IMG/VR virus record: IMGVR_UViG_3300031993_000041
Span: 1 to 64,000 of that record
Direction: 5' to 3' (one strand)
DNA from: a virus
Taxonomy: Duplodnaviria > Caudoviricetes
DNA: 64,000 bases
The translations under genes and the position numbers were made by a program. Of the stretch, positions 20,058 to 30,180 are shown one piece after another (position 1 is the stretch's first letter; each line of letters opens with the position of its first letter). The notes under the pieces were generated by a model. That model had not been told where the DNA came from and searched no databases. It saw only the letters and a program-made list of their open reading frames with translations.

Positions 20058-21053
20058 TCAGATATAAATTATAAACATTGAATCATCTGTAAAGTATTTT
20101 TCAATAACCTCATTAAGCTTCTGTTCGGTTATGACATCCTGGGTGATGAGGTCATTTATGTCTTTAATCTTTTTATTTTTTATGTTCCAGTCGTCAAGGA
20201 ATTTCTTCCACATGAATACTTTGCGGCCGTTGTCAAGAGCCCTCACGGCATATTTCCGGCCTGTCGCGTCGTTGTCATACAGGTATCTCGCCTCTGGATA
20301 GCTTTCGAACAAGTCAAGGTCCCTGCCGGCTCCTGAGACCGCTACGGAATTCTGTATGAAGACCGAATCGATAAAGCCTTCAAGGATATAGAATGGCTTC
20401 GAAAAATCCGTATAAAACCTTCCGAACAACAGGCTGACATTGTCGATGTCATCTTTTCTTTCGTCTTCAAAAGGCTTTCCGTGTATCTGCTCATATATCT
20501 TTGAATACGGCTGCGAGAGATATTTCGGACCCGCATTTTTGTCAAACGTCCTTATCTGCATACCTACGACCTTCTCGCCGTTGAGGTTAAGCATAAACAG
20601 GCGTCCGTTGCCGTACATGAACGGCGAGAAATCAGTTATCCTTCTGCCTTCAAGGTATTCCTTCATCATAGGGTTCCGTTCAGCCGGGACACATCTGTAA
20701 GCTTTCATAATGTCATCCTTGCTGAAGCCGATGTCAGACTGAACTTTAAGAGTTTTCTTTTCCGTATGCTGCTTCGTTGCCTTCGAGTATTCCTCATACG
20801 TCATTCCTGCATCGCTAAGGCTGTATCCGAAATCTGCAAGGAATTCTCGGAATCCCTTATGCTCACCGCAGTTGAAACAGTGGTAAACATAAGAATCTTT
20901 ATAAAGGTTTCCTCTTTTCTTAAAGATATTCTTCGAGTCTCCGCAGTACGGGCATGCAAAATTAAACCTTTCAGAAAAGGCATACACTTTCTGCTTCTGC
21001 TTTTCCTGAAAGGTTTTTTCAAGAATCTCTTCTATAACTTGTTTGGCATCCAA
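20058..21053 (-). CDS. DNA primase (T4 gp61-like)
   Basis: CPYCGD...CFNC zinc finger; TOPRIM EGFIDS and YDND..G; KDIND. Confidence 0.9.
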   Translation of the reverse strand: MDAKQVIEEILEKTFQEKQKQKVYAFSERFNFACPYCGDSKNIFKKRGNLYKDSYVYHCFNCGEHKGFREFLADFGYSLSDAGMTYEEYSKATKQHTEKKTLKVQSDIGFSKDDIMKAYRCVPAERNPMMKEYLEGRRITDFSPFMYGNGRLFMLNLNGEKVVGMQIRTFDKNAGPKYLSQPYSKIYEQIHGKPFEDERKDDIDNVSLLFGRFYTDFSKPFYILEGFIDSVFIQNSVAVSGAGRDLDLFESYPEARYLYDNDATGRKYAVRALDNGRKVFMWKKFLDDWNIKNKKIKDINDLITQDVITEQKLNEVIEKYFTDDSMFIIYI

Positions 21054-21331
21054 TTCGAAGGCATTTTGAAATCGTTCCTCATTGAATTGATTTTGTTGTC
21101 CATCTTACTTTCATAGCTGTTCATCATTGAAGAGACATTAGGAATCTGCTGGTTATTCTCCTGCTCATCCTGCTGTTTCTTTTCATCCTCTTTGAGTTTT
21201 ATATACTCTTCGAGAAGGTATTCAGCCTCATAATAGAATAAACTGTTTACATCCGTTACTGAATAATGCAGCTTATCGGCAAGAATGACATACATTCTAT
21301 ACAAGTCCGTAATCTGATTCATCTGAAACAT
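21032..21331 (-). CDS. Baseplate hub assembly protein (gp51-like)
   Basis: Short ORF after the gp26-like gene with L...LHYS..DV..L.YYE..YL pattern. Confidence 0.5.
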   Translation of the reverse strand: MFQMNQITDLYRMYVILADKLHYSVTDVNSLFYYEAEYLLEEYIKLKEDEKKQQDEQENNQQIPNVSSMMNSYESKMDNKINSMRNDFKMPSNWMPNKL

Positions 21332-22259
21332 CTGGAATAAAGATGTCTTGGAAGTTTCCTGGAAAGGTGACAGGAATAGTCAGCCGCCCTCCGCAAACGG
21401 GACATTCTATTTCAGTTGTCAGATTTTGTCCATACTGGTCGACTTTTTTGGCGAGCCTGTAGATTACGTTGAATTTCTCGATGTCCCATCCAAGTATGTT
21501 TGAAGAGAAATCAAGAATCTGTTTTTCCGTAAGGTCTTCCCATTTTATCGTCAAAGGCACGATTTGAAGAGCGCCCTTGCTGTATTTCTCCTGATGGGTT
21601 TCTTTATCAACGGCGTAATCGAAGGCTTTCGCATGACTTCCGATAGTCGACGGCTTCATCTCTATTGTTTCGCCGTTCTTCATACGGAACCTGAAAACTT
21701 TGTCGATTTCATTGTAATACTTCATAATCGACTCATCTTCCTGGTAATTGATAGTCAAATCGCTGATACGAACCTTCATGAAAGGAACCGCCTTACAGCC
21801 TGCCGACTCACATGAACCTGCAGGGACGTCAAGCGTTATTGTCGCGCTTGGGTATGTAAGCTCGCGGATAAGGAACAAAAGATACATTTCATCGCATTTC
21901 AGCAAATCGCGGTAATTACCCAAAGTATCTCCGTATTTAATTCGTGTACAGGTTTCAAGCATTGTGTTCAAGCCGTTATATACGTCTACTATGTTTGTCT
22001 CATCGGTAGACGTCACGTCATTGACCTCTTCAATCCTCATAGGACGTATGGCTATCGTCATATTGCTTGCATAAAATTTACCTTTTGAAGGCAGTTTCTC
22101 AAAAGGCACGTTATGAAAGCCTCTCTTGTCTTTCATCGCTTCAACCTTCTTGATAATGTCTTGGGTAGCCCTGTCATTATGCTCTACCTTGTAGTCGTCA
22201 TCGACAGTATTCGTCTTAGCTGCCTCTTGTTTTAACAAATCGTTGTATCCTTCTGACAT
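21297..22259 (-). CDS. Baseplate hub subunit (gp26-like)
   Basis: LPSKGKFY, IRPMRIEE, D..YLLFLIRELTY, CPVCG...F..IF. Confidence 0.7.
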   Translation of the reverse strand: MSEGYNDLLKQEAAKTNTVDDDYKVEHNDRATQDIIKKVEAMKDKRGFHNVPFEKLPSKGKFYASNMTIAIRPMRIEEVNDVTSTDETNIVDVYNGLNTMLETCTRIKYGDTLGNYRDLLKCDEMYLLFLIRELTYPSATITLDVPAGSCESAGCKAVPFMKVRISDLTINYQEDESIMKYYNEIDKVFRFRMKNGETIEMKPSTIGSHAKAFDYAVDKETHQEKYSKGALQIVPLTIKWEDLTEKQILDFSSNILGWDIEKFNVIYRLAKKVDQYGQNLTTEIECPVCGGRLTIPVTFPGNFQDIFIPDVSDESDYGLV

Positions 22260-22267
22260 GACAAAAA

Positions 22268-23011
22268 TTATTTAAGTAATTTATTTCGGTTTTCTGCTTG
22301 AAGCTTTTCAATTGCCTCGTTCGCGAAATCAAAGAATCCTTTCATCTTAAATTTCGGAATGATTGAATCATAAAGAACCGACTGCAATGCAGAGATTTCA
22401 GCTGTAAGCTCTGAAAGCTCTTTGTTATCGATTTTCTTCACTTCTTCAAATACTGTCTTGAATGAGGCGGCTATGTCAGCTGCGGTCTTTATGAATGTTT
22501 TCGCTTCATAATATCCTTTGCCTGAAGTTGACTCGATAAGCTGTGTAACGATATGCGCGTCAACAGCTTTTATTTTTACCGGTATGACATCCTTGCCGGT
22601 ATTCTCAGGAAGGTTTGCGACATTTCTTGCCGTAATGTACATTTCTTCAAGTTTTGCAACCTGTCCTGCTTTCAGGTAGGCATCTTTCAAAGAATTCCAT
22701 TCAATGCTCTTTCCATAGATGTCAAGCATTTTCTTCATAGACTTGATGTTAAGCTGTACGACATATTCAAGCCCTTGAATGTCCTCGATGTTCTTCGCCT
22801 GAAGTTCAGACTGCTTCTCGATAAGGCCTCTGATTTCATTATCAAGTTCTTTCGTCAAAGCTGCCGCGTCTTCTTTCGTATTGACTTCATAGCTTTTGTC
22901 AATATAAGACTTTACTTTTTCCGCAAGCTTTGAATTCTGTGTTTCTTCCTTCTCGCTTGACTCAACTACGGCAGTGCCTGCCATTTCATCTGTATTTTCT
23001 TTCTTGCTCAT
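22268..23011 (-). CDS. Hypothetical helical protein
   Basis: 247-aa ORF; promoter motif at 23050-23069. Confidence 0.6.
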   Translation of the reverse strand: MSKKENTDEMAGTAVVESSEKEETQNSKLAEKVKSYIDKSYEVNTKEDAAALTKELDNEIRGLIEKQSELQAKNIEDIQGLEYVVQLNIKSMKKMLDIYGKSIEWNSLKDAYLKAGQVAKLEEMYITARNVANLPENTGKDVIPVKIKAVDAHIVTQLIESTSGKGYYEAKTFIKTAADIAASFKTVFEEVKKIDNKELSELTAEISALQSVLYDSIIPKFKMKGFFDFANEAIEKLQAENRNKLLK

Positions 23012-23067
23012 ATTAAATGGTTTTATAAATTAAACAATTCTTACTGAAATATATAATAAACAACGTT

Positions 23068-24681
23068 TTACAAAGAAATCTCAACTTTTGAGAAGCCATC
23101 TTCTTTATTTACGGCATATTTCCTTTTTATCAAAGGATTGTCGACGCTTGCATGGTGTATGAGGAATATCTCCATATTCAAGTCCTTGCCGATGTCGTCA
23201 AGCAATCCGATAATCATATCTATTATGTCTACGGATATTGAAGAAAATACCTCGTCGCAGAATATCACGTTCAAATCTGGAAGGATTCTCCTCAGGTAAT
23301 AAAGGAAAGACATTGTCGCTATAAAGTCGATTCTTCTCTTCTCGCCTGTAGACAATGAAACATATTTCTGCAGGTATCCGTCATGATACAGTTCCACAGA
23401 ACAATCGGAATTATATCTGATAAGGAAATCTGGCGAATATCTGTCACAGAGCTTCTTCATAATCTCATTCAGGTTGTCGATGTAATCCGAATAGATATAG
23501 GACTTGAACGAATAAGGCGAGCTTGACAACAGCTTCGCGCAGATGTCGTAAATCGTTTTCGCACGCTTAGACTTGTCTGAAATACCTTTCAGCTCCTCAA
23601 TATGTTTCATAATGTCTTCAGTGCCGCCGGTATCCTCTTTGCTCTGTTTGATTGTATCTTCGATATGCCGTATTTTCGCGAGGCATGAGTCCTTTTCAGA
23701 CCTTGCAGCTGTTATTTCATTTCCGCACTCGTATTCTTCGTTCTCAGCCTTTGTAATTGAGATTCTGACAGCCTTTTCCTTCTCTTCGATTCCTTCAATT
23801 TCTTTTTTCAGCTTCTGGAGTTCCTCTTGTCCAAGGCTGTCAGGAAGTTTCTGTCCGCAGAATGGACAGATGTCCTTGCTTCCCATCTCATATCTTTCAC
23901 GGTGTGTCCGGAGCTCGTTCATAATGTTACCAAGCTCGTTGCGAAGTTTCACGGATTCGCCGTTCCTCTCTTTTTTCTTCGCAGCAATTTTTTCTATATG
24001 TGCGTCAATAACTTTTATCTTCTGTTCAAGCTCGGCTATTTCTTTTTGCGAGTCTATCTCCTTTGCCTCAGCTATCTTTCTTTTCTTTTCCTCTATCGAC
24101 TCCAGAATTCCGGCAAGGCGCGCTATCTCGCTGTCTTTCGCCGTAAAGTCTGACGCGTATTCTTTCGATTTCACTTTTATTTCAGAAAGCATAGCCTCTA
24201 TGAAGCCGAGGTTAAACATACTGTCTATGAAAGCTCGTTTGTCTGCCTCATTTAAGGTAAGCATGCTCTTATACGTGCCGATATTAAGAATTATCAGGTT
24301 CGTAAACAGGTCACGGTCTATACGTACGTACCTTGACAGGATTTCTTCCTTAGACGTCTGCATCGCGTCATTGACATCAGCGCCGTCTATTTTTAGGTCG
24401 AATACCTTCGGGGCAAGTCCGCGACGTATGAATATATTATGGCCGTCGGCCTCCATGTCAAGTTCGATTACGGCTTCTTTGTTGACCCTGTTAGGCAAAG
24501 TGTCGAGCGTATATCCTTTCAGCTCGCCGTAAAGCGCGAATGTTATCGCCTGGGCTATCGTAGTCTTTCCACTACCGTTCGAGCCTGTTATCAATGAGAC
24601 ACCTGAGCCATTGAACACGACTTCAGTCCACTGATTGCCGTAGCTCCTAAAATTCTTAAACCTTATCTTGTTGAATTTCAT
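23068..24681 (-). CDS. sbcC: Rad50/SbcC-like recombination ATPase (T4 gp46)
   Basis: FKNFRSYGN, GSNGSGKTT, coiled coil with CPFC hook, LSTGE, IFCDE, H-loop. Confidence 0.92.
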   Translation of the reverse strand: MKFNKIRFKNFRSYGNQWTEVVFNGSGVSLITGSNGSGKTTIAQAITFALYGELKGYTLDTLPNRVNKEAVIELDMEADGHNIFIRRGLAPKVFDLKIDGADVNDAMQTSKEEILSRYVRIDRDLFTNLIILNIGTYKSMLTLNEADKRAFIDSMFNLGFIEAMLSEIKVKSKEYASDFTAKDSEIARLAGILESIEEKKRKIAEAKEIDSQKEIAELEQKIKVIDAHIEKIAAKKKERNGESVKLRNELGNIMNELRTHRERYEMGSKDICPFCGQKLPDSLGQEELQKLKKEIEGIEEKEKAVRISITKAENEEYECGNEITAARSEKDSCLAKIRHIEDTIKQSKEDTGGTEDIMKHIEELKGISDKSKRAKTIYDICAKLLSSSPYSFKSYIYSDYIDNLNEIMKKLCDRYSPDFLIRYNSDCSVELYHDGYLQKYVSLSTGEKRRIDFIATMSFLYYLRRILPDLNVIFCDEVFSSISVDIIDMIIGLLDDIGKDLNMEIFLIHHASVDNPLIKRKYAVNKEDGFSKVEISL

Positions 24682-25090
24682 TGTTTTGTTTTTGTAAAAG
24701 TTGTCTTATAAGTTCATTGTTTGACTTCCGCAATTTTTCTATTTCCTTGTCTTTCTTCTCAAGTTTCTTTTTCAGGTTTCCATATAGCTCCTCACGACTT
24801 GTTTCCCTGAAGACTCTTTCCCTGTCTGCCTTGCTGAATTCGTTGTTAAGCTTAGCTTCAAGCTCCTTCCCCTTCGCTATAAGGACTTTATTCTTATACC
24901 TGCATTCGTCAAGTTCAGATGTGAGCACGCCTATTTCAGTCATTGCATCCTTCAACAGCTTCTTGAGAGTCGCTGTTTCCGGAATCTTCATAACATCGTA
25001 CCTGCTATTCCTATTTTTATTCTTCTGAATCGTCATCGTCGAAGTTGTTATTGTCAAGACGCTCGAAAAGTCTTTGTATGTCAGCATCAT
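24656..25090 (-). CDS. Hypothetical coiled-coil protein (true start probably near 25036 or 24991)
   Basis: Charged heptad pattern; 5' part of the tracked ORF overlaps the upstream gene. Confidence 0.55.
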   Translation of the reverse strand: MMLTYKDFSSVLTITTSTMTIQKNKNRNSRYDVMKIPETATLKKLLKDAMTEIGVLTSELDECRYKNKVLIAKGKELEAKLNNEFSKADRERVFRETSREELYGNLKKKLEKKDKEIEKLRKSNNELIRQLLQKQNNEIQQDKV

Positions 25091-25490
25091 CCATATCGGC
25101 GGCGAAATCGTGAAATCTTGCGTTCATATATCCGTACAACATGCGGAACTGTACAAGAGGCATACATACTATGTCTCCGTTAAGGACAAAGTATACCATT
25201 TCAGTCAAGCCGAAATCCATACCGTTGTCGACGCCTCCTCTTTCAAGCAAGAAATCCCTTACTTTCAGAGGGTCTTTGGCATATCCCCGCACGACGTCGA
25301 TATTGTCTATATCGACAAATGGCTTTATCGACACAATCATTCTTTCAGCCATTTGAGGGTCTTCGCCGAATGTCTTGTTACGAAATTCGAAATAAGTCAT
25401 AATGCAGTCGGCTATCGTTTCGCCTTCCGCCACTATGCTTACCATAGAAAAATGCTTTTGAAATACCTTAGAAGTTATTTTATATTTCAT
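25017..25490 (-). CDS. Hypothetical protein (start moved to MKYKITSK)
   Basis: The tracked start lies inside the repeated promoter motif; ATG at 25490 fits the spacing of other genes. Confidence 0.6.
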   Translation of the reverse strand: MKYKITSKVFQKHFSMVSIVAEGETIADCIMTYFEFRNKTFGEDPQMAERMIVSIKPFVDIDNIDVVRGYAKDPLKVRDFLLERGGVDNGMDFGLTEMVYFVLNGDIVCMPLVQFRMLYGYMNARFHDFAADMDDADIQRLFERLDNNNFDDDDSEE

Positions 25491-25530
25491 GTTCGTTTTA
25501 TTTCTTACGTTTCCTATAAAAAACAACGTT

Positions 25531-26058
25531 TTACAGGCTTTGATATTTTACGATGTCGCCGTTCGCTATCGCTGACTTATCGCATAAATCCATAACTTTA
25601 TCAATATCAGCCCAGCAGATGTCCGCCGAATACGTTATATTTTTTATATTTATTTTCTTTATAGCCTTGCCGGCATCAAAGTACTTGTTGAAAACCTGGA
25701 GTGTTGACTTCTTGTTAATTTCAGGCATGTAGCAGTCGGTCACCTCAGGAAAGATGCTTTCCAATTCTTTCGATATGTTTTTATAGAAAGTCTTTATGAT
25801 TATATCGGCGAATTTCATCCGCTTCATCAAAGGCAGCTTGCACATGTCAAGGCATAAAATGTCTCCTGACGACATCTCATAGCTGACGCACAGACAGAAT
25901 ACCTGCCTGTTATACATCGCTTTCGTATTAAGGTTTCGCTCGATGTAATAAAGCCGGCCCGGGAAGAATATCGCGTTCTCCTTCGTCTTTAAGACAGATT
26001 TCAAATCAGTCTTTGCGTTCCTAACAGCGTTATATCTCTCTTCTAAATTATAGTGCAT
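25531..26058 (-). CDS. Possible DNA end-protector (gp2-like) protein
   Basis: FFPGRLYY motif; position beside the gp4 homologue. Confidence 0.4.
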   Translation of the reverse strand: MHYNLEERYNAVRNAKTDLKSVLKTKENAIFFPGRLYYIERNLNTKAMYNRQVFCLCVSYEMSSGDILCLDMCKLPLMKRMKFADIIIKTFYKNISKELESIFPEVTDCYMPEINKKSTLQVFNKYFDAGKAIKKINIKNITYSADICWADIDKVMDLCDKSAIANGDIVKYQSL

Positions 26059-26060
26059 TG

Positions 26061-26549
26061 TCAGATTAAGTTAGATTTTTCAGTAAGGAATACGAACTTA
26101 TAACCGTTTTCCTGACACCATTTTTTAACCGCTTTTGTCTTGCAGCTTATCCGTATATAGTTTTCAAGCCTCATCTTATACCGTTTCAATGCAGCTGCAG
26201 AGTTGTCAGACGGCTGTCGCGGCTTCGATAGCTGGGAATGCGGTTTCACTTCAACGATATATTTCAGAGCTTCTCCATCCCTTATATATACGAAATGAAA
26301 ATCAGGATAATAGGTATGTATTTTATTGTCAAGCTCAGACCAGTATTTCACAGAAAGCCCTTCAGACGACCATTCTATTACGGCGTCCGTAGTATCAAGC
26401 CAATACATGAATTTTTTCTCCCAACTGCTCCTGTAGATAATTTTTGTCGGGTCTCCTTTGTACTTATCAAGATTCTTAGGCGTATAATAACCCTGGTGAA
26501 ACTTTGATTTCACAGACGGCCTTAGGAATTCTTTGATAGTCCTATCCAT
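26061..26549 (-). CDS. Head completion nuclease (T4 gp4, TnsA-like)
   Basis: KYKGDP..I.YRSSWE..FM..LD...V.EWSSE, YYPDF, VEVKP, K..A...WC....YKF...TE. Confidence 0.88.
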   Translation of the reverse strand: MDRTIKEFLRPSVKSKFHQGYYTPKNLDKYKGDPTKIIYRSSWEKKFMYWLDTTDAVIEWSSEGLSVKYWSELDNKIHTYYPDFHFVYIRDGEALKYIVEVKPHSQLSKPRQPSDNSAAALKRYKMRLENYIRISCKTKAVKKWCQENGYKFVFLTEKSNLI

Positions 26550-26552
26550 CGC

Positions 26553-26804
26553 TTAGCTGATTTTTAAGACGATGTCGTCAGCGTCAGTGCCAGATATAAA
26601 TGAGCAGTTGTCAGACTTATTGAAATAAGCTGCATCCGCAAACAGGTAACACTGGCTTCCGATAGCAGATATGTCTATACGATATTCTGCTATGATGCGA
26701 TTCTTCTCTTTTGAGAAAACCTTCAAAGCCTCTTCATAAGGGGCATTCTCTATCGCTGTCTTTACGACACCATTCTCCTTAATTGTTACTTTATACGTTT
26801 TCAT
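26553..26804 (-). CDS. Hypothetical protein
   Basis: 83-aa ORF in series. Confidence 0.55.
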   Translation of the reverse strand: MKTYKVTIKENGVVKTAIENAPYEEALKVFSKEKNRIIAEYRIDISAIGSQCYLFADAAYFNKSDNCSFISGTDADDIVLKIS

Positions 26805-26815
26805 TGTTTTGTATT

Positions 26816-27076
26816 TTATAATGGATAATTTTCCCTTATCTTTGTATACAAGGCTTTAAGAAACTCATAATCAGGTTTGTCTTTCCTCATAATATCAAGG
26901 ACAGTATCAATCTTATAGCAAATAGCACCGGCAGTTGTTTCTTCAGTTACGCTCATTTCTTCCATTTCTTCTACTGACTCGCTAAATTCTTCAATCAAAT
27001 CTATTGTGAATTGAGAGAATAATAATAAACGAGATGTATCTACCTCCTTAATAATTTCTTTAATTTTCATTTTCAT
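26816..27076 (-). CDS. Hypothetical protein
   Basis: 86-aa ORF; promoter motif at 27089-27107. Confidence 0.55.
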   Translation of the reverse strand: MKMKIKEIIKEVDTSRLLLFSQFTIDLIEEFSESVEEMEEMSVTEETTAGAICYKIDTVLDIMRKDKPDYEFLKALYTKIRENYPL

Positions 27077-27105
27077 ACCTTTGTTTTTTATATAAAAAAC
27101 AACGT

Positions 27106-30100
27106 TTAGTTAGAAACTTTGAATTCATATCTGAATGTACTTTCAGTTGTACACATAGTATTATCCGGTACCAGACGAATTTCTACAAACCTCGGATTCC
27201 CTTCTTTTATATTACCATCTCTTTGGTATCTTTCCTTGAAAGCCTTCATATAACTTGTGACAAGTGCTGAATTCTTTATATTGATTCCGCTTATCTTTCC
27301 ATTACTGCCAAGATGTATCTTACAATGCTCATTTTCATACTTGCCGTCTCGCGTATTTAATATCGTGTAATACTCATCTTCGCTTCCATCGCCTTTGTTC
27401 ATTCGAACTTCATAGTGATATACAAGCTCCCTTGATTTTGTTCCGTCAGTGTTTTGGGTATATATGCCATTTATAGAAGGAGGGTAAGTATGAAAACCAC
27501 CAAATCCTGATATTTGATTATCTCCCTTATATACAGAACATGAATATGAAAGTCCGTCACCTGGATTCTCTCTGTCAAGACATTCCTTATCAAGTTTAAT
27601 CTTGAAATCAATCCTTACAGGGAAAAAATACATATTTTGGTATCTATGCTCACGAGCATCTATTATCTTATTACCTATTTCAAGTACTGTATTTTCCGGA
27701 GAGCCATTCTTGTTAAAAAGAGAAAAAGTATCACTAACATTGTCAATCTGAAAATTTGTCTGCATATTGAAAAGACGGTTAAAATAGTTTTTCTTACCAA
27801 CATTATCCGATGGCAAGAAAGACTCAAAATAATAAGGATTTTCTTCATCAGTGCCTATCTTGCCTTTTATGGCAAGATTCATATCAAAGAAAAGATTCGA
27901 ACCATCTGAATATACAAGGTTGCTTACAGCTTTATCTGACGTAAATTTGTTAAGGTCAAGCTCGCCGTTTTCTGTTATCGCGTTCTTAAATATTTCTTGC
28001 CTAACCTTAAAACCATCTAACTGATAATAAATTATTTTAGAAGATAGTGCATTTACATAACAGAGAGCAAAACCATTAGCTATATTCTCCTTATCATAAA
28101 GATTATTCCTTGCAAGTATCTTCTTACGTATCTCTGCTCTCTTCCTTTTCTTATCATCTTCTGAACCAGGTATACGGCTAAATAAATAATCCCAATAATC
28201 ACTTCTATATCTATGCGCTGTCCTTGTAATGTGGAAAAGTGCACTACTATATGTGTATTTGCTGTCGTCAACATTACTATGGTACAGTAAGTCGTATAAT
28301 TCCATTGATATTAAAGCATTATTGTCAGGAACTGTGATTTCATTAGTCAATTCCCTTATATACAACTGCTTTCCTTGTTTTGATTCAGGGAATTCATCCG
28401 TCTTAATAATATGCGCCTGTATATCTTGTACGTCAAGTATCTTACATATATCTCCTGATTTTGTTTCAGTTATACGTAAATCGTATTTATACATAAAAGG
28501 CAAATCATTCTGTTCAGGCCAGTTATATTGCGTAAGCAATAAAAATTCATCTCCCTCTGGTATATATTCAAGACCGGTTTCTGCTTTTATGCCATAATTC
28601 TTGCCCTCAGCAATACCATATATTCCATAAATGCCATCCCAAGCCTTATAAACCTGTGCAGGATTCTGTCCTAATACATATAAGTATTTGTTAGGACCTT
28701 CTATTTTTCCTTTTTTCGAAAGGTAGTCAGTAAACAAAGAAGGGCATTCAGGACATAAAAGCCGTCCAGTCCAAAAGTCTGGAGCACAATATCTTTTAGC
28801 AGCATACGTATCTACATAGATATTATTATTTGGAAAATCTGCAAATGAAGTAGTCTCTCCTAAAGTAATACCAGTGTCTGCTTTATTCATAAACATCATC
28901 ATAAATCTACGCTTAGACGTAGAACTTGAAAACGTACTTGGTGTTATTGGAGTACCTTGTGCATTATGATAAGTATACCTTGTATAATCAGTGCCATCAA
29001 ACAATTGGTTTAGTACCTCTTGACAGTATTCATGTGGAGTTTCAAAGTTATAATCTTTTCTATGGTTAACCCAGTAAGTATATAAATCTATACCAAGCAC
29101 ATGCAATGGGTATTCGTCATTAAACATCCTTCCATAATCATGCCATTTTCTATCTTCTGAAAAATAGCCAGTCTTCTCATCAACAAAGAACCTTCTATGA
29201 TTAGTATTCCAAGAGCTTTGAAACCATAAATCTTCAGTATTCGTCCAAGGATAATTTTGGCTTCCCTTTACGACAATATTATCAGCAAATCCAGCCGTTA
29301 ATGAGTCAGCTCTGAAATCATCAAAAATAAATTCCTGCCAGCCAAATGCGCCTCCTATCTTAAAATTTTTAAAATAAGGCGAATTTCTATAATTATTTAT
29401 ATAGCTACTGTAATCATATATATCAGAAAGATGTATGTAAACTTTATTATTTACTTTTTCTTTGTCCTTATTTATATTATCCTGATTATAATTAGCCCTG
29501 CCTGCAGGTAATGATAAAGGATTCTCTTTTGCACTCTGGTCTGTATCTTGTATTATCCCAATATCATAATCTTCTTGTGAAAGAAAGTCACACTTATAAT
29601 ATTCTTCAGACTTACCATAAATAAAATTTCTATAGATTATAGAACTCACGCAATATGACCGTGAAGATTGTCCTGCATAATCCTCTATAATATATCTTTG
29701 GTACGTATTTCTGTCACAATTTGGGAACAGGTATCCGGAATATCCACTACCCTGTAATGACAAGCTATTGCTTCTGTCTGGTATAAATATCAGATTTCCG
29801 CTGCCCGCTATTGTAAAATGTCTTCCCCAGTTTTGAGGTAAAGATTCTTTTCTTTTCGCTTCTATATCATCAAGGCTTATATTCTTATATTCGCTATAAC
29901 CAAATCTGTCCAAGGGTGTCTTCGAATGTTCAAGGTAATGATGATACCTCGTAAAAAAAACATACATATAGGCAGTACAATTCAGTATCACTTTAGGATT
30001 CTCAATATCGCTGCCGTCTTCTGCCGTTTCACATTCAACACTATGTATCGTAAGTGACGACCCATTTCTTATATAGCTTTCTATTTTAGAATATAAAGGG

Positions 30101-30162
30101 CTTAAAGACTCTCTATATATAATGGGAGTAACTTTACCTAACAACCTATCTTCTATGACCAT
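27106..30162 (-). CDS. Large hypothetical protein (1018 aa), probable baseplate/receptor-binding component
   Basis: Directly downstream of the gp6-like gene; Tyr/Asn/Gly-rich; visibly more AT-rich than flanks. Confidence 0.45.
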   Translation of the reverse strand: MVIEDRLLGKVTPIIYRESLSPLYSKIESYIRNGSSLTIHSVECETAEDGSDIENPKVILNCTAYMYVFFTRYHHYLEHSKTPLDRFGYSEYKNISLDDIEAKRKESLPQNWGRHFTIAGSGNLIFIPDRSNSLSLQGSGYSGYLFPNCDRNTYQRYIIEDYAGQSSRSYCVSSIIYRNFIYGKSEEYYKCDFLSQEDYDIGIIQDTDQSAKENPLSLPAGRANYNQDNINKDKEKVNNKVYIHLSDIYDYSSYINNYRNSPYFKNFKIGGAFGWQEFIFDDFRADSLTAGFADNIVVKGSQNYPWTNTEDLWFQSSWNTNHRRFFVDEKTGYFSEDRKWHDYGRMFNDEYPLHVLGIDLYTYWVNHRKDYNFETPHEYCQEVLNQLFDGTDYTRYTYHNAQGTPITPSTFSSSTSKRRFMMMFMNKADTGITLGETTSFADFPNNNIYVDTYAAKRYCAPDFWTGRLLCPECPSLFTDYLSKKGKIEGPNKYLYVLGQNPAQVYKAWDGIYGIYGIAEGKNYGIKAETGLEYIPEGDEFLLLTQYNWPEQNDLPFMYKYDLRITETKSGDICKILDVQDIQAHIIKTDEFPESKQGKQLYIRELTNEITVPDNNALISMELYDLLYHSNVDDSKYTYSSALFHITRTAHRYRSDYWDYLFSRIPGSEDDKKRKRAEIRKKILARNNLYDKENIANGFALCYVNALSSKIIYYQLDGFKVRQEIFKNAITENGELDLNKFTSDKAVSNLVYSDGSNLFFDMNLAIKGKIGTDEENPYYFESFLPSDNVGKKNYFNRLFNMQTNFQIDNVSDTFSLFNKNGSPENTVLEIGNKIIDAREHRYQNMYFFPVRIDFKIKLDKECLDRENPGDGLSYSCSVYKGDNQISGFGGFHTYPPSINGIYTQNTDGTKSRELVYHYEVRMNKGDGSEDEYYTILNTRDGKYENEHCKIHLGSNGKISGINIKNSALVTSYMKAFKERYQRDGNIKEGNPRFVEIRLVPDNTMCTTESTFRYEFKVSN

Positions 30163-30180
30163 AGTATTCTATTTTAAAGG

